Origin: Eledone cirrhosa
Taxonomy: Eukaryota
Assembly (NCBI GenBank): GCA_964016885.1
Contig: OZ024749.1
Location: 22,196,001-22,260,000 of the forward strand
Direction: 5' to 3'
DNA: 64,000 nt
Below the pieces are notes generated by a model. It did no database searches and was not told the DNA's origin. It worked only from the letters and a program-made list of their open reading frames with translations. The translations under genes and the position numbers were made by a program. Numbering within the stretch: the first letter of the stretch is position 1; the number at the start of each line of letters is the position of its first letter. Below are positions 1 through 15,510 of this stretch, one piece after another.

Positions 1-3123
<3,123 letters not shown>

Positions 3124-3129
3124 AATATT

Positions 3130-3857
3130 ATACTCTTGATTTGGCCAGAGATGAATATTTCCAGATACCTTTTAAGTGTAACTTTCCGTATTTATTATTA
3201 CTATGAAATATTGATTGTTATTCTGGTATCATATCTCTGTTTTTAGCCTAAGAAAATACCTATATGCGTGTATAAATAATACATGCATATATTTATTTTT
3301 AAAAAATCTAATTGAGTTCTTCACACGCAAGGTTAAAATTATTGAAAAAATTAATTGACCCGCGTGTATATTATTTTACTTTCTTATGTTTCCCGATGAC
3401 CTCCCCTTTCCGCTTGATGACAGTGTGAAATTTCTCACTCTGAGACTGCTGGAATTTCAAATTTGGCGGTCATTCTGATACGGAGAGGGACCATCGCTAA
3501 CATTAGATTGAATATCGGTAAGAAAGTTTTTTTTATATCGATGTTTGACGGGCATCCACTGATGATTTATAAGTGTCCATCTGCATATATTCCTACGGAC
3601 TATGTGCAGGCTTCTACATAACCTGGACACACTTTTCCCAACTTGTAGAAAACTTATAATGAAACAATTGTTTGGAAAGGGAGATATATTTTAATTATGT
3701 CTCACATAAAATAATACAACTGGCTATCCGCAAAATACATATAGTTAGCACCCCAAACGTAAAATTGGGATTATACTAAGGTATATCCTAATGTTTGTTG
3801 AGTGAGATGGAAGCCAGTCAGAGTATAGCTTAAAGCTTTCTCTGTTAATGTATTAAA
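3130..3857 (+). mobile_element. ~730-bp non-coding HHR-bearing interspersed element, family B copy 1
   Basis: Colinear with 48143-48836 from tcttga(t/a)ttggccagagatgaa to ctctgttaatgtatta; both ends flanked by (TA)n; 3' part also present at 17055-17374. Confidence 0.85.
3555..3676 (+). ncRNA. Type I hammerhead ribozyme with ~95-nt branched stem II domain (family B)
   Basis: tcca-CTGATGA-t-ttataagt...acttataa-t-GAAA-caattg-TT-tgga: stem I tcca/tgga, 8-bp stem II, palindromic stem III, GUU site. Confidence 0.8.
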
Positions 3858-3877
3858 TATATATATATATATATATA

Positions 3878-3962
3878 GGAAAATATATGACCCGGACGGC
3901 AAAGCTCAAGCCGTTTCGACGGCTATTTATGGTCCATCTGGTTCCTTACCGCAACTCCATCG

Positions 3963-3964
<2 letters not shown>
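3878..3964. mobile_element. Short inverted remnant of HHR family F
   Basis: aggaaaa..gacccggacggcaaagctcaagccgtttcgacggct followed by the tail tatggtccatctggttccttaccgc; matches 17452, 33575, 35600 and 63001. Confidence 0.7.
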
Positions 3965-3997
<33 letters not shown>

Positions 3998-4079
3998 GAT
4001 AAATCTATATGTAGATAGATCGTTAAATAGTGAACTTTTTTTGTTTAATATAAGGAATTGTTTGTTCATTATTTGTTTA

Positions 4080-4141
<62 letters not shown>

Positions 4142-4164
4142 CATATATATGTATATATACACAT

Positions 4165-4237
<73 letters not shown>

Positions 4238-4260
4238 CTATATATATACTATATATATAT

Positions 4261-4313
<53 letters not shown>

Positions 4314-4745
4314 ACTATACATATGTATATATATACATATGTATATATACATATGTATATATATTTATATACGTATGTGTGTGTGAGTGAGTTTGAGAAG
4401 GAGAAACGTATATATATGTATATATATAAACATACACACACACACATACACACATATATATACGTATGGGTCTTCTCATTCCACTCAATGTCACTCTCTC
4501 TCTCTGAGTCTCTGTGACTTTGTCTCTCTCTATATATTCCTGTATCTTTCTCTCTCTTTTCTCTCCCTCTCTGGAGACAAACCTTTAATTAAATCATGCT
4601 ACCTCCCATATTATTGACTTATATATATATCAAAGGGCCGCAACTCTGTACTCAACGGGGGCAGACATGGCTCTCTGGTTATGATTTCCGTTTGAACTGT
4701 TTGTTGGCACTGATTTTAATTTGAATATCTCTCTAACTCCCCTCC

Positions 4746-4783
<38 letters not shown>

Positions 4784-4787
4784 CATC

Positions 4788-5057
4788 CGAGTGATTGGGC
4801 CTTCTCTGTTTATAAGCCTGTAGGTTGAGGAAGAGAGCAAAAGGAAGAAAGGAGCACTTGCACAACACGCTCCTTGAGTTGAGGGTTGTTCTATCGACGG
4901 GGTATTAAACAACCCATTTGTGGCGCCTCCCCCCTATTGGGGATTTCGATTGTTGAAATTGTTTGTTTATATATTTTTTACACGATTGTATGTAAAATCC
5001 CCGGCATGTCTTTGTATTGTCCCCTTTCTTGTTGCGCCCTTGTGGCTAATAAAGAAA
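4788..5057 (+). mobile_element. Tx1-type LINE 3' UTR fragment with 18-19 bp target-site duplication in a (TCTA)n tract
   Basis: Shares ccccctattgggg and cccttgtggc(t/c)aataaagaaa with the 3' UTR of the 26.6-32.5 kb Tx1; tctatctatctatccatc occurs at 4770-4787 and 5058-5075. Confidence 0.8.
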
Positions 5058-5159
5058 TCTATCTATCTATCCATCTGTCTGTTTCACTCTATATCGTTCA
5101 TCCTTTTTTCTATCTACCTGTCTGTTTTCTCCCTCTCTTTTTCTCCCTCACTCTCTCTC

Positions 5160-5216
<57 letters not shown>

Positions 5217-5674
5217 TCCTCTCTTTTCCACCTTTCTCCTGATTAATGGGCTTATGCCAGAAACGTCGTCCCCCACCCTCCACTCTCAAGCGTGAACCTA
5301 ATACCTAACACCTTTCGTAACTGTACTCCTTGTTGTTGTTATTTACTTTCCCTATATATATATATATCCTTTTCTCTCTCTTTTTCGTTCCTTCCCCCCT
5401 GTCTTTCTCTGTTTTTAGGACATTACTTTACTTCGAACATACAGACATACAAACATAATTTCATAATACATACATTGTGAAACTGCATCCCAATGTTTAG
5501 AGTACATACATTATAGCTACTCTGTATTCAATGGTAGTGTTTTGCTTAACATGCCGTTCTCACATACGCTTCCACAATCTCCTCTTTCTCCGCTTTTGAG
5601 TACGCCATCTTGTAGAGAAAGCTAGAGATATTCAGACAACGCATTCTTACAATCAACTAATGTGGTGAGGATTT

Positions 5675-5905
5675 TAATAATAATAATAATGGTTTCTTAT
5701 ATAGGCAGAAGGCCAGCAATTTGAGGGCAGGGGGAAGTCGGTTAAATCGACCCCAGTGCGTGACTGGTACTTTATTTTATTAACTCCGTAAGTATGAAAA
5801 GCAAAGTTAACCTCGGCGGGATTTGAACTCAAATCATAAAGGGCCGTAACTCTATGCTTGCAAAGCATTATGTCCGACCCTGCACCGATACTGCCAATCC
5901 ACCGA
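5675..5905 (-). mobile_element. tRNA-derived SINE with (ATT)n tail
   Basis: Minus strand: A-box-like tggcagtatcgg, B-box gagttcaaatcc, core ttttcat..taaaataaagtaccag, tail gaaaccattattatt; homologous to 16645-16846. Confidence 0.8.
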
Positions 5906-5906
5906 A

Positions 5907-6245
5907 AATGAAAATTATTTTGTACAGTGCTCAGGTGCACTACAACTCATCAATGGTGTATGTATAGTACATAGAATAATGTACAAATGTCAGGAAAGTA
6001 ACCAGTGTATGAGTCATGATATACATCAGATACATGTGTGCGTGTGTATGGAGGGCGAATATCAGGTGTAGAATTGGCGATTTTCAGTCAGCATGTAAGA
6101 TTTGAATGATGCAGTGTCCCGACAGCTAACAACTGATGCAGGTAGTTTGTTCCATGCTTCAGCAACTCTGAGCGTGAAAAATTCTTCCGAAAGTTATAGG
6201 AGCTGTGCTGTTTTCTGACTTTGTAGGAATGTGCACAGGTGTGAG
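5907..6245 (-). mobile_element. CR1-type LINE 3' fragment
   Basis: Minus-strand translation gives ...FFTLRVAEAWNKLPASVVSCRDTASFK, typical of the CR1/L2 ORF2 C-terminus. Confidence 0.7.
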
Positions 6246-6751
6246 AATAACAAACAGTCAACCAATAGGGCCAACAAACAGCTTAACAATAACGACATTA
6301 TTTTCTTCAAATTTCTTTATCCTAAATATTTAAAGTACCACTCCCACTATATTACTTGATTGACGATGTGAAATAACGTATCTTGCTGAAGGACACAACA
6401 CGTTGCTGGTGGGGAATCAAACTTTCTACCTCATGATTTATCGATTTATCGTAAAATCACTTAACCTTTAACTCTACAAAATACTTCAGGAATGCCACAG
6501 TCTCTCTTAACTATTGCGTCATCTTTGTTCAGTAGTTACAAACGGTGGACACAAAACAATGACGATTGCTAACGAAAGTCTGGTTGCTTTTTCGTGTATA
6601 TATAAATTTATTTCTGTATTCACACTATGCTACGAAACCTGGGATTCTTTTTTATTTTTCCGTGCGCTACCCTGTATAATAGGATCTGCAATATTTCACA
6701 ACGAGCTCTCAGTTGTTGGAGCAACGGACATTTCTGTATGTAAGTAGATAC

Positions 6752-6752
<1 letters not shown>

Positions 6753-6782
<30 letters not shown>

Positions 6783-7452
6783 TGTATGTATGTATGTATG
6801 TATGTATGTATGTATGTATGTATGTATGTATGTATGTATGTATGTATGCATGTATGTATGTATATGTCAATAATTGTCACAAGTGTAGTGTTTGTACCAG
6901 AGTTTTCAAGTCGCTGGCTGGACTAAAAAGTCACACTCGTTCAGTGCATCGGTAGGGGTTCTCCTACATGGATATAAAGTAGTGGCCGTACTCGAAAACG
7001 AGTTGGCAGCCACCATGTAAGTATGTATGTATGTGTTGAATGAATGTATGTTTGTATGTATGTATCTATTGTATGTATGTATGTATGTATGTATGTATGT
7101 ATGTATGTATGTATGTATGTATGTATGTATGTATTGTATGCATGTATGTGATATGCAACAAAGTGTGTAGAACTAGTTCCGGACTAAAAAGACAGATGGT
7201 GGTACATAAAGATTGTGTCTCACAGGGTGACCCCACCAGTCCTGTGGAAAGCACAACACTCTTCTATCACCTGTGTCATAAACCATGAAGATCTACAGCT
7301 GGTCTACAAAGTCATCTACGAAGTCAAGGACGCAGATCGGATGATAACGAAGAATCAATAGGAGACAGCAATCGTCTGTGAAGACGCTGCAATCCTCATG
7401 TATGTATGTATGTATGTGTGTATGTATGTACATGTATGTACATGTATGTATG

Positions 7453-7486
<34 letters not shown>

Positions 7487-7620
7487 TGTATGTATGTATA
7501 TATATGAATATATATATACACTCGTTCAGCGCATCGGTAGGGGTTCTCCTGCATGGATCTGAAGTAGTGGCCGTACTCGAAAACGAGTTGGCAGCCACCA
7601 CCATGTATATGTATGTATGT
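6753..7620 (+). mobile_element. Nest of RTE-type 3' fragments (6864-7016, 7150-7397, 7519-7603) each ending in a (GTAT)n tail
   Basis: C2H2 zinc-finger remnants ([22 protein letters not shown]; ICNKVCRTSSGLKRQMVVH); two share the end gtggccgtactcgaaaacgagttggcagccaccat, also at 61981-62013 and 63713-63745. Confidence 0.75.
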
Positions 7621-10530
7621 TTTCTCTTTCTCTTAATTTTGAGTATATTTTTTTGACCGGCCACCTTCCTGGTGGCAAGGTTGTAAAAGAAAAGAAATTG
7701 TCATCCCTTGAATCGCAAGAATGTTTTGCAAATTTTGAAGGTGCCAGCTATCGCAGCCATTTGTAGACTATGAATTAGGGAGCTGCGCTTTTTGTCCGCA
7801 AATCCAAGTTCAGTCATACTTTGGTCCAAGCGGGTTGGTATATAACCCGTAGCACCAATAATAATGGGTATGAAGCTAAAGGTGTATCTTGGATACTGGA
7901 TTTGTAAACTCCTCATCAATGGTCCGTAGATGTCCTCCTTCTCCTGTATTTTTCTGACAACGTTTACATCAAGTGGGCAGCTGATCTCCACAACAGAACA
8001 CGTTTTCAATGTGTGGTCCCAAACTACAATATCAGGCCGGTTGTGCTTTAATTTGGTGGCAGTTTTTATTTTCAGGTTCCACCAGTATTCCTTAGTGCCA
8101 TCTGTCTCAATATATTCTTCCTCGTTTGTTGTTAATTTTGTTTTCCGAAGTGCGTTCCAGATGGTTCTAGCTATCCCATCGTGTCTCATGGGGAGGTAGT
8201 AGCGAGATGACATTCTTTCGCAGCTGGCAACAATGTGGCTTACATCCTCGATCTTTGTTTTACATAGCTACAGTTATTGTCAGCTGCTGGCCCTCCTCTT
8301 TTGTGCAGCAGATATTTGGTAGGGAGTTCTTGTTCCTGTATTGCATAGAGATATCCCTCAAGGTGTGATGTCATAAACTTGTCGGAACTCCATGCCAGGC
8401 TTTTTGAGTGGTTTATCCCCTCTATGGTCTGTGTTTTACGCCTCAAGTATCCATGCACAACTTTTTCTGTAAATTGGTCAATTTTTTTTTCTTGTTTGAA
8501 CATTGAATAGGATCTTCCGATTTCTCTGGGTGAGAGATTTATATCGGGCTTTATTCCATATCTCTCCTCCAGATCAGTCGCTATTCTAATGATATTTCTT
8601 TTTTCATGGTCATAAACCTGGGCAAGATGGTTGCCAACCTTTTTCCTCTGTTGAAGGTGTTGCTTCAGTGTCACTATCCGGGTCTCATATGTTGTTAATA
8701 TTGATTTTAGACCCCGGCCACCTTCCTTGCGTGAGAAGTATAGCCTATCCACATCACCATTGATGTTAAAGTTCCCAGTAACACTGAGAAGTTTTCGAGT
8801 TCTAACATCCATCTCACTTAGTTCTTGCAATGACCAGTTCAGTAGGCCAAATGTTGGCGTTAGAATTGGTACAGCATAAGTATTGTGGGCAATGTATTTG
8901 TTGTATGCTGACAGTTCTGATGACCATATTTTCTTTACTCTTCTGAGGTATTCAGTTCTGGTTCTCTCCTTATTTATGGGTCCATCATATCTGACATTCT
9001 CATCCTGTCCAAGATATCTGTAGTTGTCACCTGACTGCAGAGGTTGTATTGTCAGGCCGTTCATCTCTAGATTTCTAGAGGAGGGCACAGCTCTTCCACG
9101 TTTTACTGCCAAATATGCACACTTGGACTCACCAAATTTCATTTTGATGTCGGTTGAAAATTGTGTAATGAGGTCCAATTGTTTCTTGATGTCATTGATA
9201 TTTGGCCCATACAACTTCAGGTCATCAACAAAGAAAAGATGGGAGATACTTCTGGTCCCACTTCTTTGTTGACCTTGTTTCCTGAGTAGGTAAGATAGTG
9301 GATTCAGTGAGAGAACGAAGAGTAGCACTGACAAGCTATCACCCTGAAAGATGCCCTTCTGGTAATGTATCTTATCAGTCTTAACCTGCTCCTTCTCACC
9401 TCTAAGGATCAAACTGGTGTACCAGTTCTTGGTCAAGCGTTCAACAGCAGCTACCAATGGTTGTGGGACTTTAGCTAACTGTAAAGCCTTAACAATCCAC
9501 CCATGAGGTACACTATCAAATGCTTTTTGATAGTCCAGCCACACGACAGTCATGTTTCTGCGATTCTTTGTTGTTTTTTCCTGAATCATTTTGTTAGTTA
9601 GTAGGTGATCTATGCAACCCCACACCTCCCTCTTTCCACCAGCTTGCTCAGGTGTTATGATGTTGTTGGTAGCACAGTGATCCTGTAAGAACAGGTTAAG
9701 GCACCCAGTATATAATTTATACATGATGTTTTGGCAGGCAATTGGGCGGTAATTTTTAGCAAGGGTGGTTTGGCTATTTTTGGGAATGAGGAGAGTAGAG
9801 GCAGTTGATAACCATCTGGGCAGTTCTTGTGTGCCCTTAATGGTTTCTGTAAACAGCCGTATGAGATCTTGCCGATAGAAAGTGAAATTCTTCAACCAGT
9901 ATCCTGTAATGAGGTCTGGGCCTGGCGATTTCCTATTCGACATTTTCTGTAGAGCTGTTTCCAGTATTGACCCATCTATGTCATATTATTTTGTCTGGAC
10001 ATGTTGGCAGTAGTCCTGTTCCAGTTCTTTTAGCCAATTAGCTTGTCTGTTGAATCCGTCATCCGTTTCCCATACAGATCTCCAGTAGCTCTCAACCTGT
10101 TCTTTTGAAGGGGTGTCATTTACACAGATTGAGCTTTTGCCACCGAAGCTGCGATAAACTGATTTAGGATCTCTGGCAAACAATCTATTTAGCACTTGTC
10201 GTTTATGTGCTGTTGACTTATATTTTAGTCTTTCTGTTGTAGCTGTGAGTTGTTGTTTCAACTGGTGTAATTTGGAGTTCAAAGTTTTAAATTTTGTATC
10301 TCCAAATCTTCTCTCTAACTTTTTCTTTAGGTCTTCCTGGTGTCGTGTGAAGTTGCTCTCTATGTTACATTTCATAACGACTGCGATGTGTGAGATACTT
10401 CGTCTCAGGGACAAAATTTTGGTTTTTAAATTTCGCATCCACGCTGGTTCAGGCTTTCTGTTTGTATCTTGATTGCGTGGTTTTAGATGTGTGTTATATG
10501 CTAGCAATGTGACAGCTGAAACATATAACA
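7621..10530 (-). mobile_element. 5'-truncated R4/Dong-clade non-LTR retrotransposon (RT plus restriction-like endonuclease) inserted in (TATG)n
   Basis: Three consecutive minus-strand ORFs with RT and RLE motifs, an ~80-bp 3' UTR with a GCCACC/GGTGGC hairpin, and (TATG)n on both sides. Confidence 0.88.
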
Positions 10531-10531
10531 A
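7701..10531 (-). pseudogene. Disrupted RT-RLE polyprotein (one stop at ~9986, one frameshift at ~8265)
   Basis: KSPGPD, NYRPIAC, WLDYQKAFDSVPH, GIFQGDSLS, LFFVDDLKLY, YRYLG; CCHC region, RHD, and HNRPDIVVWD..VVEISCP (PD..E RLE core). Confidence 0.9.
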
Positions 10532-10722
10532 TGTATGTATGCATGTATGTATGTATGTATGTATGTATGTATGTATGTATGTTATGTATGTATGTATGTA
10601 TGTATGTATGTATGTATGTATGTATGTATGTATGTATGTATGTATGTATGTATGTTATGTATGTATGTATGTATGTATGTATGTATGTATGTATGTATGT
10701 ATGTATGTATGTATGTATGTAT

Positions 10723-11181
10723 GTCAGGTCGCTCTCGTCTCATGGTCGGGTCGTCGGTGACTAAACCGGCAACCTCATCAAGCTTGCTTGGTGAGGAGGG
10801 TGATATTTGGACACCCTGTGGGACGAAATGCAGGACCCGGCAAAGGACGGAGGAACTCAGAAGAGTCAACGGCCATCCAAATAGTACTTTCTTTTTTCAC
10901 CTGGGAGTGTAAGTCTCCCAGTTTGTAGGAGAGGGAAATTCTGAAAAAAACCTGCATCCGATGTTGTTGAGAAGTTCTCCTTTTCGGGTAGTGTTTTCGA
11001 TGCTCAGAGAGTGGGATTGGTCGAGTGCAAGGCCTTTCCCCACTTAAAAAACCTTCAAAGCACAGGCATTGCTTGTTCAGAATCAGTTACAGGTTCGTGT
11101 GCCAGGCCGTAGCCTAAAAGTCCACCAAACTCTATAATCTGACAAGCGATTGCAATAATCTTAGCAGTGTTTGCAGCCATC
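10723..11181 (+). mobile_element. Non-autonomous RTE-derived element (RTE-like 5' region plus gcagccatcat-(GTAT)n tail)
   Basis: 5' ~300 bp is homologous to 61450-61800; the end matches the RTE tails at 7016 and 7603. Confidence 0.65.
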
Positions 11182-11427
11182 ATATATGTATGTATGCATG
11201 TATGCATGTATGTATGTATGTGTGTATATATATTTGTTTGTCTCTATGTGTGTCTGTGTATCTGCACGTGTGTGTGTGTTGTGTGTGTGTGCGCGTGTGA
11301 GAGAGTGTGCATGTGTGTGTTTTTGAACAGAGTTTCAATAACATTTGATGTAAGCCTTGCGGCATCTTTAGGATATGTATTCTGTCTTTTACCTCTGGTT
11401 GGAAATCACGTGAACGAGTGTCTCAAG

Positions 11428-11463
<36 letters not shown>

Positions 11464-11691
11464 GAGGAGGAGGAGGAGGAGGAGGAGAGAGAAGGAAGGA
11501 AAGAAGAAGGAATGTGTTTCGTGAAGTGGTATATATAGAGGAATACACACACACACACGCGCGCACACGCGCGCACACACACACATGCGCCCCCCCCACA
11601 CACACACAGACACACACACACACACACACACTCTCTCACTCTCTCACACACACATATATATATATATACACATACATATATACACACACAT

Positions 11692-11862
11692 ATCTATCTA
11701 TCTATCTAAGGCGGGTAAAATTCCCGAGATCCATGGACGAGTTCTCTCCAGCGGTCTCTGTCCCTCACTATCGCTGCCATATCCTGCATCTCCAACAGAC
11801 CAGTGTCTGTCCTTAGGGCATCAACATATGTTAACCTTGGTCTTCCTCTTCTAGTGTATCCA
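11692..11862 (-). mobile_element. RTE-like LINE 3' fragment with (AGAT)n tail
   Basis: Translation [21 protein letters not shown]...DRDRWRELV is typical of the RTE C-terminus. Confidence 0.75.
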
Positions 11863-11863
11863 C

Positions 11864-12018
<155 letters not shown>

Positions 12019-12059
12019 CTCTCTCTCTCTCACACACATATATATACACATACATATAT

Positions 12060-12134
<75 letters not shown>

Positions 12135-12696
12135 CATGAGTACATACATGGTTATGCATACACACACATACACACACATATTTATAAGATAACAATTAGT
12201 TTTCAATGATTGCCAATATGGCGTCTGCTAAAGAAATGTTATACAGCGTGGATATCTGTTAGGTCTGTTAGGCTTGTTTGTAAGACGGACGCCATAACAC
12301 AACACTGCAAACGATTCATTCGTAAGCACTGAACTCTGGCCTATCATGGCTTCTATAGATATATCTATGTGATAACAACAATATATCACAGTGTTATAAA
12401 TAGATTCTGGAAGTATAACATTTCTTATTGATTTCTGCGGCAAATATGATGTTTGTTTTGCGCAGTACTGAATGCATATCAGCACGCTGCTTGCTCTGAT
12501 TGTATATATGTAAGTTTGTAATATATGCAATGTGTGTGTGTGTATGTGTGTGAGTGTGTGTGTGTGAGTGTGTGTGGGTGTGTGTGTGTGTGTGTATATT
12601 TGTGGTGTGTCTACGTATATGCATATGCACATTTATATGAAGAATTAATTTATAGCATAGCATGCAGAATATATATATATATATATATATACGCAC

Positions 12697-12893
<197 letters not shown>

Positions 12894-12945
12894 TATATAT
12901 ATATAGATACACACACATATATATATATATATAGAGAAACACACG

Positions 12946-12985
<40 letters not shown>

Positions 12986-12990
12986 CATAC

Positions 12991-13690
12991 ATCGCCATTT
13001 CAGAGCACAATCCTAATACTTAATTTTTGCTGGACCGGCAATCGCTCTGTATAATCAGCTCCTGATTATGACTGGAATTATATAAGAATCCAGCTTCTAT
13101 AATTTTCGGCGGAAGGGGACAGTATGTATCTCTGATGATTGCCAACAGCATGAAACCGACTGTTAGCAAAAATTGAAAATTAGAATTGATGCTCTGTCAG
13201 CTTATCTCACCTTGTTTGCTGAAAATAGAAGTAAGTGACATAGTCACTACTTTAAAACAATAGCGTAAGGTCTTCAAAATGCTTTTAATTAAGCATACAG
13301 TGTATTGCAAAATACAGTATATATACATTCATATATATATCGCTATTTCAGAGCACCAATTATAATTTTCAATTTTTGATGGACCGGCAACCGCTCTGTA
13401 TAATTAGTTCCTGTTTATTACTGGAATTCTATAAGAATCCAACATTCATAATTTTCAGCAGACAGGAGGAGTGCTGAGCTTTGATAAATACCAACAAGTA
13501 CGAAACAGAGCTCTGTCAGCTTATCTTCCCTTGTTTGCTGAAAATAGAAGTAAGTGACATTGTCACTACTTTAAAACAATAACGTAAGGTCTTCAAAATG
13601 CTTTTAATTAAGCATACAGTGTATTGCAAAATACACTATATATACATTCATATATATATATATCGCTATTTCAGAGCACCAATTCTAATA
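12991..13690 (+). repeat. ~325-350 bp tandem repeat (2.1 units) with decayed hammerheads, family E
   Basis: Unit start atcgc(c/t)atttcagagcac at ~12991, ~13339 and ~13663; CTGATGA-ttgc-caaca-gcat-GAAA at 13132-13155; agct-ttgataa..GAAA-cagagctctg-TC-agct at 13477-13521. Confidence 0.75.
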
Positions 13691-14973
13691 TATTTATAAA
13701 CACACACACACAGAAACAGTTGCCGAAAGTAATGCGGAGCTGACTCGAAGCAGAGGAAGAAAAAAAAAAAATGAAATATCATAACAATACAAAACATTAT
13801 AACATATTGTTCCAAGGTAAAAAATAACGTTTTTTCTCTCACACGGTCATGCCAAGGAAGAAATGTGTAACGGGTAAATATAAATTAAACTGTATATATA
13901 CGTAAAATGAAAAAACAAAAAAGCTGATATGAAAACGGACAAATTAGATATATAGATAGCAGTAATTATTTTAACTTGTCGTTGACCCCTGCTTGTGTAT
14001 TTCTAAATCAAATTTTGTGTAGTTGTAAATCTAATTTTGCGCAGAAAGTTTACATATACTTCGTGTCAAATATTTCGTGTTGTTCTTACATGTTCAAAGA
14101 TGGTTTAAAAGACTTATAATACTCATAAAATGTTCACATGTTTATAACAGTCATTACGAAGGTTTCACGAAATCTGACACTGGGTCATGACTCTCTCCTC
14201 AAAGATTTGCAGAATTCTATATTTTGTTTATTTGTATTTTAGAATACATTTTATAATATATTATATAAAGAAATTGCTTAAAGAATCCTGACACGTACAT
14301 ATTTGGCTAAATTTAGATAAACTGGAATGATGGTTTATTCACCTAAAATGGTGGCCTTTGGTGAAATACTAGACGCGGGAAGTAACGTTATGAGGTGATG
14401 ATAACAAAAGAATGATAGGAAAAAATAACAGAAATGAGAGAGTGAGAGGGGGAGGTGAGAGAGGGGAGGAGGGGGAGAGAGGGGAAGAAAGAAAACTGGT
14501 TAACGGAATAAAAACATATATCTGATTGTTTTATCCCTCTATCTTTAGAGAGTGAAGGAAGACACACGCATATACACTTTCACACACACACACACAAACA
14601 CACACACATTCACACTTTCACACACACATACATATATATATACATACATACATGTGAATATATATAAATGCATATTCAAAAATATGAAAACGCATATAAT
14701 ATATATATATGTGTGTGTGTGTACTTATATATATATATATATATATATACACACGCATGTATATAAATGATTGTTTTTATTCCTCCATGTATATAACATA
14801 TTACTCATTTCTCTCTCTCTCTCTCTTCTCTATATATATACACATGTGTAGAGATGACCTTATACCACAAAGCAATGATAGAAAATGTTGGCTCTGATTT
14901 CTTTTTCGTTTTGTATGTACCTCACTGAATATATAAATAATTTAGTTCATCATATATACCATATATATGTACT

Positions 14974-15094
<121 letters not shown>

Positions 15095-15257
15095 AATTAA
15101 TATCTAGTAACATATATATACATACAGATGCATATCAATGCTAGCAAATATATAGGTTTTGTCATAGTAACTTTGTGGTTCAATGCATGGGGTTGCAGAA
15201 CAATAATATGAGAGACGTAAAATAAGAAAATTATAAAATTATCTTACTAAAATATCA

Positions 15258-15337
15258 CTTCCAACTAATTAGTTTCTGGAATGGAGTAAATATATTTTCC
15301 GAAGAAGACATGGAGAAACATTCCGTCGTCAGGGAAG
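15258..15337 (-). ncRNA. Hammerhead ribozyme, family A (inverted copy)
   Basis: Reverse complement of cttcc-CTGACGA-cggaatg...cattcca-GAAA-ctaattag-TT-ggaag. Confidence 0.78.
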
Positions 15338-15431
15338 ACTATTCTCATCTAAGTATCCAGGCAAAGCGTGGACTCTGGAAACTTATTAAAAAATAATTCA
15401 GTGGATAGGAAATAGCAAAGCGTGGACTGAA

Positions 15432-15510
15432 TTCCCTGACGACGGAATGTTTCTCCATGTCTTCTTCGGAAAATATATTTACTCCATTCCAGAAACTAAT
15501 TAGTTGGAAG
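15432..15510 (+). ncRNA. Hammerhead ribozyme, family A copy 1
   Basis: ttcc-CTGACGA-c-ggaatg..cattcc-a-GAAA-ctaattag-TT-ggaa. Confidence 0.78.

Noticed and set aside
6865-7330. C2H2 zinc-finger host gene exons
   Set aside because: Short fragments each ending in a retroposon (GTAT)n tail, one repeated at 61.9 and 63.8 kb; they are RTE C-terminal remnants.
14150-14205. Minus-strand TTGAGGA...GAAA hammerhead-like spacing
   Set aside because: Mutated core and weak stems, with no second copy for support.
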